A DNA stretch of 64,000 nt from Bacteroidales bacterium. GTDB taxonomy: Bacteria > Bacteroidota > Bacteroidia > Bacteroidales > UBA4417. Position 1 is the first letter of the stretch. Each line of letters begins with the position of its first letter. Location: the NCBI GenBank assembly GCA_038212135.1, contig JBBQUX010000003.1, positions 350 through 64,349 on the forward strand, written 5' to 3'. The notes under the pieces were generated by a model. The model had not been told where the DNA came from. It was given only the letters and a program-made list of their open reading frames with translations, and searched no databases. Positions 1-10,691 of the stretch are shown here, one piece after another. The position numbers and the translations under genes were made by a program.

Positions 1-2050
1 CGGGGCTGGCGGGGAAATTGATGTTTTGCGTGTTTCCATCGCCGAAATCCCAGTGGTAACGGGCAATAAACCCGGATGTTGTGCTGCTCATATCTGTGTA
101 AAGCACTATATTACCCTGGCAGGTCGGTGTGCTATAGCCGAAATTGGCATCCGGAACAGGCGAAATGATAATCGGTTTTGTACGGGTGTTGCTACAGCCT
201 GCGGTATCAGTCACCGTAAGGGTTACGGAATAGGTTCCCGGCGAAGTGTAGGTGTGTGTGGGAGCCTGTAAGTTGGAACTTCCTCCGTCGCCAAATGTCC
301 AGCTCCAGCTGGCGATTGCTCCGACCGTCATACCTGTTGGCGTAAACGAGGCCAGGTTGTTGGCGCAGGCACTTTGGGTATTGAAATCCACAACCGGTTT
401 GGATTTTATGGTAATGTTCCGGGTGATGGTATCCGAACAGCCGTTACCTGTAAAGGTGATCAGTTTCACAACATAGGTCCCGGCAGTTGCAAAATCATGG
501 GTCGGGTTTTTAAGGGTGCTGGTATTGCTGGTTCCGGAAGTCGGATCACCAAAATTCCAGTTCCAGTTGCTGAGGACTTGTGTGCCGCTGACCGTGGTCA
601 GATCTGTAAACTGGACTGATGTTCCGACGCACTGCCCGTTCATCATAAAATCGGAGGTCGGCACTCCCAGCATATTTACCAGCCTGCTTTCGGAATGGGT
701 ACAGCCTTCGTTGTTGGTTACCGTAAGGGAAACGCTGAAGGTTCCTGCTCCTATATACGTATGGCTAACATTTGGATTTGAAGGGAAAAGGATGGTCTGC
801 GTGTTTCCATCGCCAAAATTCCATTCCCATTTATTGATAAACCCTGTGCCTGAAGTACTCTGATTTGCAAAAGCAACAGCTTGCCCCTGGCAGTTATCGG
901 TATTGGCGGTAAAATGGGCCACCGGCGGCGGGTTCACGGTTACCGGAAGCGAAATGAATCCTTCGCAACCAGCCGTATCGGTAATGGTTAGCGTTACGGT
1001 GAAAGTGCCGGGTGCCAGGTAATTATGCGTTGTATTGCGGGTAAATGCAGTGGCTCCGTCGCCAAAATCCCAGGCATAAGTTGCCGTGGCATTGATATTG
1101 ATCAGCGTACTGTCGGCCAGGAAAAGGGTAGCGCTGTTCAGGCAGCCCGGCGTATTGAAAAAGTTGGCAAGCGGTGCTGCTTTTACGGTTATGGTCTTTT
1201 GAAGCGTGTCGCTGCAACCGTTCTGATTGGTAACAATTAGGGTTACGTTGAAATTGCCGGCAGTTGAATAAGTATGGGTAGGATTTTGCAAAAAGCTGGT
1301 ATTCAGCGACCCGGAAGTAGGTTCGCCAAAATTCCAGAGCCAGGAGGAGATTTGACCACCGAGGTTCTCGAGGGAGTTGTCGAGGAAAACAGCAGCCTGA
1401 TCCTGGCAACTGCTCCAGAGGGTGAAACTAGCCTGCGGACGGTTGAAAACCGTTACCACCGCCTGGTATTCCGACGTGCAACCCCGGCTGTTGTTCACCG
1501 TAAGGGTTACATTGTAATTTCCCTGTGCCGGGTACTGATGCGTTACATTCGGGCTGTTCGGGAAATTGATGGCATCGGCAGGTGTTCCGTCGCCAAAAGT
1601 CCATATCCATTGCTGCAGGTAACCCTGGCCCTGTGGATTGGTGCTCAGATCGGTAAACAGGGTGATATCATTCAGGCAATTAGGCGTATTAAAACTGAAA
1701 AAAGCTGTCGGATGCGGCAAAATCACCACCGGGTGTGTCACCGTATACTGACATCCGTTAGTATCCACCACGCTGAGTGTTACCGTATACGTGCCATAGG
1801 TAGTGTATACATGGCTTGGGTTGAACGGCGCATTGTAGGTGGCAAAAGTTCCGTCGCCAAAAGTCCAGTTCCAGGTGCTGATGCGTGGAAGGAAATTTCC
1901 GCTCAGCGTAAAATAAGTTGTATCGCTGGCGCATGCATTATTGGTGGTGAAATCGGTTACCGGCGTGGGATTCATCACCACATTAATGGTGTCGCGCATC
2001 ATGGCAAGGCAGTTGCCAATGGGATTTTGACCCTGAATTGAATATTGCCC
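1..2050 (-). repeat. Coding array of at least 8 PKD-domain modules (~240-265 nt spacing), C-terminal part of the giant gene
   Basis: W.W.FG[DE][GP] motifs are encoded at about 1860, 1595, 1330, 1065, 812, 555, 290 and 50 (e.g. WNWTFGDGT, WIWTFGDGT, YAWDFGDGA, WEWNFGDGN). Confidence 0.8.
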
Positions 2051-5000
2051 GGGTACGTTATACAAACCGAAATCAAGTGATTCGCCGGTTCCTGAAAGAG
2101 ATATACCAGTATTCATCCCGTTCCGGAATAAAATATAATTAAAACCCAGTTGTGATCCATCCAAAAGTATTGCAATTCCGGAATCCTCTTCGCAGAAACA
2201 TCCGTTTGAGTTTGATTGTGTATTATAAATTATAAGGGTATCTGAAAACATTACAATTTCATTGGAAGCTACCGTATTTGAAGAAGGGCATATTGCATTC
2301 GATGTTAATACGCAGGAAACAATATCTCCATTTAATGGAATATACGAAAAAACAGGCTGATTGTAATTCAGTGTTTGGTTATTCACCCGCCATTCATAAA
2401 CCGGTGAATTCCCTCCATTGGCAATTATTGAAGTAAATGTGACGTTTGTGCCCTTGCAAACATAATTTTTATCTTCTGCTATCAATATACTTACAGGCAG
2501 TTCCGGGTGAACAATCATTATAATAGTATTCGAGATGGCAGGATTTCCGCTTACACATTGAAGCCCGGATATCACATGGCACGATACCTGGTCGCCATTC
2601 TGCGGTGTATATGTAAAGTATTGCAGATAGTTGTTTACCAGTATTCCATTTACAAGCCAGTCAAAAACAGGAGTAGTACCTCCGTTTATTATGTTAGCTG
2701 CAAATGTCACTACGGTACCTTCACAGATAGTATCGTGGATTGATGAAATACTGATACTAACCGGTATTGGCTGTTTTATATTAAAACTTATACTGTTTGA
2801 AGTAGCCGGATTTCCGGTTGCACAACCTGCATCGGAACTGAGATTGCAGGTAACAACATCATCATTAACGGGAATAAATGAAAAAGTACCTGCATTCGCT
2901 CCGGTACTAACGCCATTTACTTTCCATTCATATCCAGGCGAAATCCCTCCGTTTACAATAAACGATGACAGCGTCACCGTTGTGCCTTCGCAAACATTGT
3001 TCTCATCTTCAATAATTGTAATTCCAACCGGCAACAATGGATATACTGTCAGCTGGATCGAATTGGATATGGCTGGATTTATTGAAGGGCAAAGTGCATT
3101 GCTGATTAAGTTGCAGCTTATTATATCAGAATCGGAAGGGATATAAGAAAAAGTTGAGGAATTACTGCCTGCATTGCTTCCATTTACAAACCATTGATAT
3201 TCAGGAGATGTGCCGCTATTATTTGATATTGCTGTAAATGTTGCAGAATTTCCCTGGCAGATTGTATTCTGGTTTTCAGCAATCAATATTCCAACCGGCA
3301 ACAAGGGATTAGTTGTGATTGTAATAAGATTGGACGTTGCCGGATTTGAAACTGCACATAATGCATCCGAAACCAAACTGCATCTCACCTGATCGCCATT
3401 ATTTGGAATAAATGAGTACACAGGTGTATTGTTACCAACATTAGTCCCATTTAAAATCCATTGGTAAGCCGGAGTATTTCCTTCATTTAGTGTTGTAGTT
3501 GTGAAATTAACCATTTCACCCTCGCAAACAGTATTCTGATCGGCACTAATTATAATGCTCACAGGCAGTATGGGGTTTACTGCCATTGTTATTGAATCTG
3601 AAAGAGCCGGATTTCCCGAAATGCACGATGCGTTTGAGGTTAAAATGCAACTGATAACATCATTGTTATTGGGGATAAAAGAAAAGTAATCAGTATTTTG
3701 TCCTGTACCTATTCCGTTGACTTTCCATTGATATATTGGTGAGTTTCCGCAATTGGATGTAACCGCGGTAAAGGACACGGTTGCTCCCTGGCACAAATTA
3801 TTACTGTCTTCATTAATCGAAATTCCGACAGGCAAAACCGCAATAACAGAAAGAACAATTGTATTGGAAGTAGCCGGACTTCCGGTTGTACATAATGCGT
3901 TATTAGCAGTTACCATACATGTTACTACGTCCGTGTTAGCCGGGATATAGGAAAATATAGGCGAATTTGTTCCTGATTGAATACCATTTACACTCCATTG
4001 GTAAACCGGTGATGTTCCGGCATTTGCAGCAATTGCTGAGAAATTAACTGATATTCCTTCGCAAATAGTAATTTGATCAGCAGAAATGGAAATGCTTACC
4101 GGATGTGAACCAATAACCTTCATTATTATTGAATTTGAAGTTACCAGATTTCCTGTTGTGCAATATTCGTCAGTGATCAATGAACATGTAATAATATCGT
4201 TATTGGCCGGGGTATAATTAAATGTATTCTGGTTGGTACCTGCATTAATGCCATTTACTTTCCATTGGAATATTGGATTAATTCCTCCGTTAACCGGAAA
4301 AGCCGTGAAATTTGCATCTGTTCCCTGGCAGAAATTGTTCCTGTCGGCTACAATACTAATACTCACCGGTAATAATTGATTCACATACATTAGTAAATCA
4401 TTCGAATTGGCAGGGTTATTTATGGTACATAATTCAGATGAAGTCAATGTGCAGGTAACAAGGTCGTTATTGCTTGGGGCAAATGAAAAAACCGGAAGGC
4501 TAATTCCTGAATTGACTCCATTTATTTTCCACTGGTACACTGCAGCCGTACCTCCATTTGTTGCCGCAGATGAATAATTTACGATAGTTCCGTTGCAAAC
4601 AGGATTCTGGTCAGCAGATATCGCAATGCTAACAGGCGATATTGGTAATACTGACATCATTAAGGTATTTGATGTAGCCTGATTAGCAGAAACACATGCC
4701 AGATTTGATGTCAGTATACAGCTGACATTGTCATTATTATCCGGTTCATAGGAGTATGTTGCTGAGGTAGTTCCGGTATTCGTACCGTTTACGAACCACG
4801 ATAACACTGGTATTGATCCGCCATTTACAGGTGTAGCAGTGAAATCTACAAAAGTGCCCTGGCAAACACTGTTGTTGCTTTCAGTAATGGAAACGCTAAC
4901 GGGTAAAATTGGGTTTACTGTCATTCCTATGCTATTTGAAGTCGCAGGGTTACCAATCGTGCAGGTTATATCCGAAATTAGCATACAGTTTACCACATCC

Positions 5001-8000
5001 CCATTTGAAGGAATATATGTAAACACATCTGAATTCGTTCCTGAATCAAGCCCGTTTATACTCCATTGGTATATCGGGGCCGACCCGCCATTAACTGCAG
5101 CCGATGTATATGATGCTGTGTTTCCTGAGCAGATTGTATGCTGACTTGTATTTATTGAAACACTTACAGGAAGAGGAGTTATGACCGCCATAGTCAACGG
5201 GTTCGAAAGTGAGGGATTTCCGGTTACACACAGTGCATTTGAAACCATTTTACAGGTAATAATGTCGTTGTTAGCCGGAATACAAGTGAAAAAAGGAGAG
5301 TTTGAGCCTGCATTAATCCCGTTGCGCTTCCACTGGTAAATCGGAGTGGTTCCGCCATTAGTGGCTGTTGCAGTGTAAGCTACTGCTATTCCGGGGCATA
5401 TATTATTCAGATCAGAGGTAATGGCTATACCTGCCGCGAGCACAGGATTTACCGTAATAGTAACCAGGTTTGAAATTGCCGGATTGCCGGTCGAACAGGA
5501 TAATCCTGATACCATACTACAGCTTACTACGTCACCATTAGCCGGCACATAACAATATGATGCTGAATTTACACCGGTTGTGCTCCCGTTTACCTGCCAT
5601 TGATAAACAGGTGTCGAACCACAGTTTATAGGGCTTGCAGTAAATGTTACGGAACTGCTCTGGCAAATTTCTGAATTATCAGGGGAAATAGAAACTCCTG
5701 CGGGCAGGTTTGCACTTACAAGCATTAAAATTGTATTGGAAGTAGCAGGACTTCCCGAAACACATAAAGCATCCGAAACCATTTCACAACTTACAATATC
5801 GCCATGACTCGGGATGTGTGTAAAAGTGGTTGAATTTATTCCGTTGTTTACTCCGTTCACTTTCCATTTGTAAATTGGGTTGTCCCCTCCATTAACTGCC
5901 GTAAGAGTGTAATTCACTGTAGTCCCGGTACAAATATTATTCTGATCGGCTGAAATTATAATACTGGCAGCAAGTTGTGTGTTTACCGTCATCGTTATTT
6001 CATTCGAAGTAGCAGGGTTGCTGATCGGACAAGCAATACTTGATGTTAAAATACATGATATTTTATCTCCATTTACCGGCATATAGGAGTATGTGGCTAA
6101 GTTAGAGCCTGCATTTGTACCGTTTACTTTCCATTGATAAAAAGGTGCTGATCCACAATTTACCGTAAGTGCATTATAAGATACTGTCGTTCCGCCGCAA
6201 ATATTGTTGTGATTAGCTGTAATAGTAATACTTACAGGTGAAAACGAATTAACATTTACATTCAATGTATTGGAAGTTGCCGGGTTGCCTGTTGCACATA
6301 GAGCACCTGATGTAAGTACGCAGCTTACCTGGTCACCAATAACAGGTATATATAAGTAATTTGACGAATTGGATACAGTTCCTGATCCATTCACGAACCA
6401 TTGATAAACAGGGCTACTTCCTCCATTAACAGGTGCTGCTGTATATGAAACCGGCACGCCTGAACATGCAGTTGCCGGGTTTTGAGTAATAGTAACCGAA
6501 ACGGGCAGCACATTGCTTACCGACATTGAAATAATGTTCGAAATTGCAGGATTAAATTTGGTGCAGGTCAGATCAGATGTAAATTCACAGGTAATAATAT
6601 CCCCGTTCAGCGGTATGTATGAAAAAGTTGCAGCATTTGTTCCTGTATTCGCCCCGTTCACTCTCCACTGATATATTGGAAAGATACCTCCATTAACTGT
6701 TGTAGCAGAGTATGTAACGGTAGTTCCCTGGCAAACATTAACCTGGCTTGCTGAAATGCTTACCGAAACAGCAAACGAAGGATTTACTGTTAAATTTATA
6801 AGGTTAGAACTGGCAGGATTATTAGTGGCACATAGAATGCTTGATGTTAGCATACAATAGACAATATCGGAGTTAGAAGGAGTATAGCTAAAGAAAGGAG
6901 AATCCGTACCTGCATTTGCTCCATTCACAATCCATTGATAGGCAGGGTCTGTTCCTTCGTTGAGAGACGAGGCAACAAAATGAACTGTATCTCCATCGCA
7001 GAGCGTATTTTGATCAGCCGAAACCGAAATACTTACAGGCATAAAGTCATTTACAACCATAAATACCTGGTTCGAAGTTGCCTGTACTCCATTCGCGCAC
7101 GAAAGGTTCGAAGTGACCCGGCATTCAACTATATCTCCATAAGCCGGTACGTAATTAAAATCAGGTGAATTTGAGCCAGAGTTCAGTCCATTCACAATCC
7201 ATTGAAATTCCGGTGCCGTTCCTCCATTTACAACAGTTGAGCTAAAGTTCACTATATTTCCCTGGCAGCTGTTATTTGAACTTTCAACAATCGTAACACT
7301 CACTGGCATCGAATTGAAAATTGCCATTGAAATAACATTCGAAACAGCAGGATTATCCGTAACACATGTTATACCTGAAGTTAGAACGCATGAAATCAAA
7401 TCACCATTGAGCGGAATATAAGAAAATAAAAAACTATTGGTTCCTACATCAATTCCGTTTACTTTCCACTGAAAGGATGGTAATACTCCGCCATTTACTG
7501 GTGTAGCAAAAAAGTTTACGGTTGTTCCCTGGCACATATCATTCTGATCCGCAGAAATAGAAATGCTCACCGGCACAAGAGTTATCACGATCATTTTCAT
7601 GTTATTCGATAAAACTGTATCGTAAAGTAAACAAGGCGCATCTGATTTCAATGAACAGGTAATACTTTCGCCATTCACAGGAACACAGGTATATGTTGAT
7701 GAATTAGTTCCTACATGTATTCCATTCCTTTTCCATTGAAAAGCAGGGTTTGTTCCACCGTTGGTAGTTGATGCCGTATATAATACTGACATGCCTGCAC
7801 ACACAGGATTGGCACTGGCTATAATTGAAACCGAAGGCACGTCGTAAGGCAATACGGCTATACTAAGCTGGTTCGAATTTAAAGGGTTGCCAGTTGCACA
7901 TGATATACTTGAATACAAAATACAACTTACGATATCTCCGTTTGCAGGAGTATAACTAAAAGTATTTTGATCCGTACCATGATTGCATCCGTTTACCTGC

Positions 8001-10390
8001 CACTGATAAACAGGATATGACCCCCCGTTTAATGGAAATGCAGTAAAATTCACAACTGATCCCTGGCAAACAGTTTCAGCACTGGCATTAATTGTAATTG
8101 CGGCAGCGAAGGATAAACTTACACTCATTATCAGGGAATTGGACGTAGCCGGATTACCTTGAATACAAGATTCTGAAGAAGTAAGAATGCATGTTACAAC
8201 ATCACCGTCATTGGGGTTATATGTGAATATTGAAGCATTGGTACCTGCATATAACCCATTAACCTGCCATTGATACGAAGAAGAACTTCCGGCATTTTCG
8301 GGCATTGCTGTGAAATTGACCGCAACGCCGTCGCAAATATTATTTTGGTCAGAAGTAATCTGAACACCAAGCGGTAATATTGGAAATACATCCATTAAAA
8401 CCGTATTTGAAATTGCGGGATTATTGCTTAAACATAAAAGATCCGATGTAAGCTCACAGCTAACAATATTTCCGTCCAAAGGAATGTAACTATATGTGGA
8501 TGAGTTAGTACCCACATCAGCCCCGTTAACTCTCCATTGCAAGTGTGGTGTTATGCCGGCATGAACTGTTGAAGCTGTGTAAGTTACAATAGTTCCGGTA
8601 CAAGCTGCATTTTGGTCTTCAGAAACGGATATGCTTGCGGGCAGCATGGGGTTCACCGACATGGTAACCACATTCGACATGGCGGGGTTACCAAGTGTAC
8701 ACTGATAATCAGAAGTAACCATACATGTTACTAAATCTCCTTCATTCGGTACATAAGTATAGGTAGGTGAATTTGTACCGGAAATTATATCGTTCACCGA
8801 CCACTGAAAAACGGGTGAAGTGCCTCCGTTAACTGTCGTACTATTAAAAGTAACAATTGATCCCAGGCAGATATTATTATCGTTTTCCGATATCAGGACA
8901 TTTACCGTTTGCCAGGGTATAACCGTCATTGCAATTGAATTTGAAACTGCGGGACTACCTGATACGCACAATGCATCTGAGGTTATGCAGCAAACAATTA
9001 AATCACCATCAAGTGGAATATATGAGAAGATTGCTGAATTTGTACCGGCATTCAAACCGTTAACTTTCCACTGGTATTGTGGGAAGCTTCCACAATTAAC
9101 TGTAGCTGCTGATAAAATAACTATAGTTCCATGGCAGGATGCGGTTTGAGATGCCGAAATAGAGACACTTACGGGCAGAATAGGGCTAACACTCATCACC
9201 AGTAGGTTCGAAACCGAAGGATTTCCTGTGGCACAAACCAAATCTGATGTAAGTAAACATGTAACCTCATCGCCATTAGCCGGTTGATAAGAAAAATATG
9301 GAGAGTTTAGACCTGTATTTACATTATTTACCCTCCACTGGATTATAGGGGAAATGCCACCGTTACCTGGCGTAGCTGTAAAATTAATTGTAACCCCACT
9401 ACAAACATTGTTCTGATCGGATGCAATCGCCACACCAGCCTGAAGTTGCGGATTTACTCCAATTGTAACTGTGTTTGATATTGCCGGGCTTCCGATTGAG
9501 CAAACGGCATTATTTGATGTCAGCACACAGCAAACCTTGTCGCCTTCAGCTGGAATATAGGCATATGATGGTAAATTTCCTCCGGCTGGTAACCCGTTCA
9601 CTTTCCATTGGTAAAACGGATAAGTTCCTTCGTTTACCGCAGTAGCAATTAGTATAACTTGTGATCCGGGGCAAACCGGGTTCGAAAGTGCTTCAATTGA
9701 AATACTTACAAGGCGTTCAGGCTCAACTTCAACCAGGGCCAATCCTGTTAAGTCAACCGGGTCCGCTGGCCCGCTGTCATCGCTGAGACTTGCAATAGTA
9801 TAAACGGTTGTCGCATCAGGGCTTACTGTTACTATTATTGTTGGGGCGTAACCCGAAAAAAGGGTTCCGTCACTCAGTGCACCGGAAATTAATCCTGTAC
9901 CTTCAACGTCCAGAAGAAGATCTGTGTTTTGCCCGCTGCAGATTGTTGTCGATCCGCTTAGTATACCGGAAAGTATTCCCTTGAGAATTGGAATAGTATT
10001 TTCTGGCAGGCTTGAAATTTCTTTGTCCGAAACCTTAGATTTTGAGTTCAGATATTCAGTGCTTTGGTTGGCGGGAATGAATTGATTCTGAAAATTCATT
10101 GCCAATTTATAAAGATCAATACCAAATCCTGACTTCCCTTTTTGCTCGCTCAGTGGTAGTTTGCTGCTTTGGCAGTCCTGCTCGTAAGCGGTTGTTAATA
10201 TGGAGAATAAATATGAATAATATATATTTTCGGGGTTGGTTTTGGAAGGAAAATCTGAAGAATTGATTTTACCCGGAAAATATTCTGCTTCTATGCCTGG
10301 TGTTGAATAAACAGACAAGAAGTTTCCTCCCTGTGATTCAAATGATACAAGGATAGTTAAAATACATAAAACCAGAGATTTAACAATCAT
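1..10390 (-). CDS. Giant secreted cell-surface/adhesin-like protein, 3'-truncated by the window edge (more than 3460 aa here). Order: signal peptide, ~225-aa unique N-region, 28 tandem 89-aa Cys-containing Ig/PKD-like modules, ~70-aa linker, at least 8 classical PKD domains
   Basis: My own minus-strand translation from ATG at 10390-10388 (MIVKSLVLCILTILVSF...) stays open to position 1, with an in-frame upstream stop at 10442-10444. It is absent from the ORF track, apparently because no stop lies inside the window; only short antisense or off-frame ORFs are listed there. Module consensus: C.G..V.F.A....GG..P.YQW.VNG...G.N...F.Y.P.NGD.V.C.LTS...C..GNPA.SN. The last 2 kb carries W.W.FGDG PKD signatures. 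Confidence 0.9.
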   Translation of the reverse strand, partial: MIVKSLVLCILTILVSFESQGGNFLSVYSTPGIEAEYFPGKINSSDFPSKTNPENIYYSYLFSILTTAYEQDCQSSKLPLSEQKGKSGFGIDLYKLAMNFQNQFIPANQSTEYLNSKSKVSDKEISSLPENTIPILKGILSGILSGSTTICSGQNTDLLLDVEGTGLISGALSDGTLFSGYAPTIIVTVSPDATTVYTIASLSDDSGPADPVDLTGLALVEVEPERLVSISIEALSNPVCPGSQVILIATAVNEGTYPFYQWKVNGLPAGGNLPSYAYIPAEGDKVCCVLTSNNAVCSIGSPAISNTVTIGVNPQLQAGVAIASDQNNVCSGVTINFTATPGNGGISPIIQWRVNNVNTGLNSPYFSYQPANGDEVTCLLTSDLVCATGNPSVSNLLVMSVSPILPVSVSISASQTASCHGTIVILSAATVNCGSFPQYQWKVNGLNAGTNSAIFSYIPLDGDLIVCCITSDALCVSGSPAVSNSIAMTVIPWQTVNVLISENDNNICLGSIVTFNSTTVNGGTSPVFQWSVNDIISGTNSPTYTYVPNEGDLVTCMVTSDYQCTLGNPAMSNVVTMSVNPMLPASISVSEDQNAACTGTIVTYTASTVHAGITPHLQWRVNGADVGTNSSTYSYIPLDGNIVSCELTSDLLCLSNNPAISNTVLMDVFPILPLGVQITSDQNNICDGVAVNFTAMPENAGSSSSYQWQVNGLYAGTNASIFTYNPNDGDVVTCILTSSESCIQGNPATSNSLIMSVSLSFAAAITINASAETVCQGSVVNFTAFPLNGGSYPVYQWQVNGCNHGTDQNTFSYTPANGDIVSCILYSSISCATGNPLNSNQLSIAVLPYDVPSVSIIASANPVCAGMSVLYTASTTNGGTNPAFQWKRNGIHVGTNSSTYTCVPVNGESITCSLKSDAPCLLYDTVLSNNMKMIVITLVPVSISISADQNDMCQGTTVNFFATPVNGGVLPSFQWKVNGIDVGTNSFLFSYIPLNGDLISCVLTSGITCVTDNPAVSNVISMAIFNSMPVSVTIVESSNNSCQGNIVNFSSTVVNGGTAPEFQWIVNGLNSGSNSPDFNYVPAYGDIVECRVTSNLSCANGVQATSNQVFMVVNDFMPVSISVSADQNTLCDGDTVHFVASSLNEGTDPAYQWIVNGANAGTDSPFFSYTPSNSDIVYCMLTSSILCATNNPASSNLINLTVNPSFAVSVSISASQVNVCQGTTVTYSATTVNGGIFPIYQWRVNGANTGTNAATFSYIPLNGDIITCEFTSDLTCTKFNPAISNIISMSVSNVLPVSVTITQNPATACSGVPVSYTAAPVNGGSSPVYQWFVNGSGTVSNSSNYLYIPVIGDQVSCVLTSGALCATGNPATSNTLNVNVNSFSPVSITITANHNNICGGTTVSYNALTVNCGSAPFYQWKVNGTNAGSNLATYSYMPVNGDKISCILTSSIACPISNPATSNEITMTVNTQLAASIIISADQNNICTGTTVNYTLTAVNGGDNPIYKWKVNGVNNGINSTTFTHIPSHGDIVSCEMVSDALCVSGSPATSNTILMLVSANLPAGVSISPDNSEICQSSSVTFTASPINCGSTPVYQWQVNGSTTGVNSASYCYVPANGDVVSCSMVSGLSCSTGNPAISNLVTITVNPVLAAGIAITSDLNNICPGIAVAYTATATNGGTTPIYQWKRNGINAGSNSPFFTCIPANNDIITCKMVSNALCVTGNPSLSNPLTMAVITPLPVSVSINTSQHTICSGNTASYTSAAVNGGSAPIYQWSINGLDSGTNSDVFTYIPSNGDVVNCMLISDITCTIGNPATSNSIGMTVNPILPVSVSITESNNSVCQGTFVDFTATPVNGGSIPVLSWFVNGTNTGTTSATYSYEPDNNDNVSCILTSNLACVSANQATSNTLMMSVLPISPVSIAISADQNPVCNGTIVNYSSAATNGGTAAVYQWKINGVNSGISLPVFSFAPSNNDLVTCTLTSSELCTINNPANSNDLLMYVNQLLPVSISIVADRNNFCQGTDANFTAFPVNGGINPIFQWKVNGINAGTNQNTFNYTPANNDIITCSLITDEYCTTGNLVTSNSIIMKVIGSHPVSISISADQITICEGISVNFSAIAANAGTSPVYQWSVNGIQSGTNSPIFSYIPANTDVVTCMVTANNALCTTGSPATSNTIVLSVIAVLPVGISINEDSNNLCQGATVSFTAVTSNCGNSPIYQWKVNGIGTGQNTDYFSFIPNNNDVISCILTSNASCISGNPALSDSITMAVNPILPVSIIISADQNTVCEGEMVNFTTTTLNEGNTPAYQWILNGTNVGNNTPVYSFIPNNGDQVRCSLVSDALCAVSNPATSNLITITTNPLLPVGILIAENQNTICQGNSATFTAISNNSGTSPEYQWFVNGSNAGSNSSTFSYIPSDSDIISCNLISNALCPSINPAISNSIQLTVYPLLPVGITIIEDENNVCEGTTVTLSSFIVNGGISPGYEWKVNGVSTGANAGTFSFIPVNDDVVTCNLSSDAGCATGNPATSNSISFNIKQPIPVSISISSIHDTICEGTVVTFAANIINGGTTPVFDWLVNGILVNNYLQYFTYTPQNGDQVSCHVISGLQCVSGNPAISNTIIMIVHPELPVSILIAEDKNYVCKGTNVTFTSIIANGGNSPVYEWRVNNQTLNYNQPVFSYIPLNGDIVSCVLTSNAICPSSNTVASNEIVMFSDTLIIYNTQSNSNGCFCEEDSGIAILLDGSQLGFNYILFRNGMNTGISLSGTGESLDFGLYNVPGQYSIQGQNPIGNCLAMMRDTINVVMNPTPVTDFTTNNACASDTTYFTLSGNFLPRISTWNWTFGDGTFATYNAPFNPSHVYTTYGTYTVTLSVVDTNGCQYTVTHPVVILPHPTAFFSFNTPNCLNDITLFTDLSTNPQGQGYLQQWIWTFGDGTPADAINFPNSPNVTHQYPAQGNYNVTLTVNNSRGCTSEYQAVVTVFNRPQASFTLWSSCQDQAAVFLDNSLENLGGQISSWLWNFGEPTSGSLNTSFLQNPTHTYSTAGNFNVTLIVTNQNGCSDTLQKTITVKAAPLANFFNTPGCLNSATLFLADSTLININATATYAWDFGDGATAFTRNTTHNYLAPGTFTVTLTITDTAGCEGFISLPVTVNPPPVAHFTANTDNCQGQAVAFANQSTSGTGFINKWEWNFGDGNTQTILFPSNPNVSHTYIGAGTFSVSLTVTNNEGCTHSESRLVNMLGVPTSDFMMNGQCVGTSVQFTDLTTVSGTQVLSNWNWNFGDPTSGTSNTSTLKNPTHDFATAGTYVVKLITFTGNGCSDTITRNITIKSKPVVDFNTQSACANNLASFTPTGMTVGAIASWSWTFGDGGSSNLQAPTHTYTSPGTYSVTLTVTDTAGCSNTRTKPIIISPVPDANFGYSTPTCQGNIVLYTDMSSTTSGFIARYHWDFGDGNTQNINFPASP
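2250..9715 (-). repeat. Coding tandem array: 28 modules of 267 nt (89 aa) inside the giant gene
   Basis: The codons for the YQW/FQW landmark (plus strand CCAYTG) recur at about 9605, 9335, 9068, 8801 ... 2926, 2659, 2390. Nearly every spacing is 267 nt, with two or three of ~270. The copies are diverged at DNA level. Confidence 0.85.
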
Positions 10391-10436
10391 TTTTAAGCTG
10401 TAGTCGGAATAAAGTTCGCGGGAGTTCTCTGTTTTA

Positions 10437-10444
10437 CAAATCTA
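10437..10444 (-). promoter_or_regulatory. Candidate Bacteroidota -7 box (TAgaTTTG) for the giant gene
   Basis: Plus strand CAAATCTA is TAGATTTG on the minus strand, ~47 nt upstream of the ATG at 10390. It matches the established TAnnTTTG consensus. Confidence 0.4.
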
Positions 10445-10629
10445 CAATAATATTTTAACAAAAATTAAGATTTCATTAACATTTTTTTTTGAGTGAATGA
10501 ATAAAACTACAGCCAAAAATATAATCTTCTGAAATTTGCAATAATGGATGCTAGTTAGAATTAATCATAAGGGCTGATTCCTTTCAATACTGGTTATAAG
10601 TATTTTAATTATCATCTGACCAGGAATGA

Positions 10630-10657
10630 AAAAAGCCGTCAAATACTGACAGCTTTT
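10630..10657 (-). terminator. Intrinsic terminator downstream of the 10692-11309 gene
   Basis: Minus strand reads AAAAGCTGTCA-GTATT-TGACGGCTTTTTT: a GC-containing stem followed by a T-run, ~35 nt after the stop. Confidence 0.65.
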
Positions 10658-10691
10658 TCGAAATAGCAGTTACTGGAATGGCTCAGAGGCC

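Noticed and set aside
26-9149. About 14 plus-strand ORFs of 60-255 aa in the track (e.g. 1274-2041, 2631-3146, 8820-9149), many sharing E[VT]AG[LF]P motifs
   Set aside because: They lie antisense to the continuous giant minus-strand frame. The shared motif is simply the reverse complement of the conserved GNPA.SN codons of each module. They have no starts with promoter context and their composition is implausible (R/C/H-rich).
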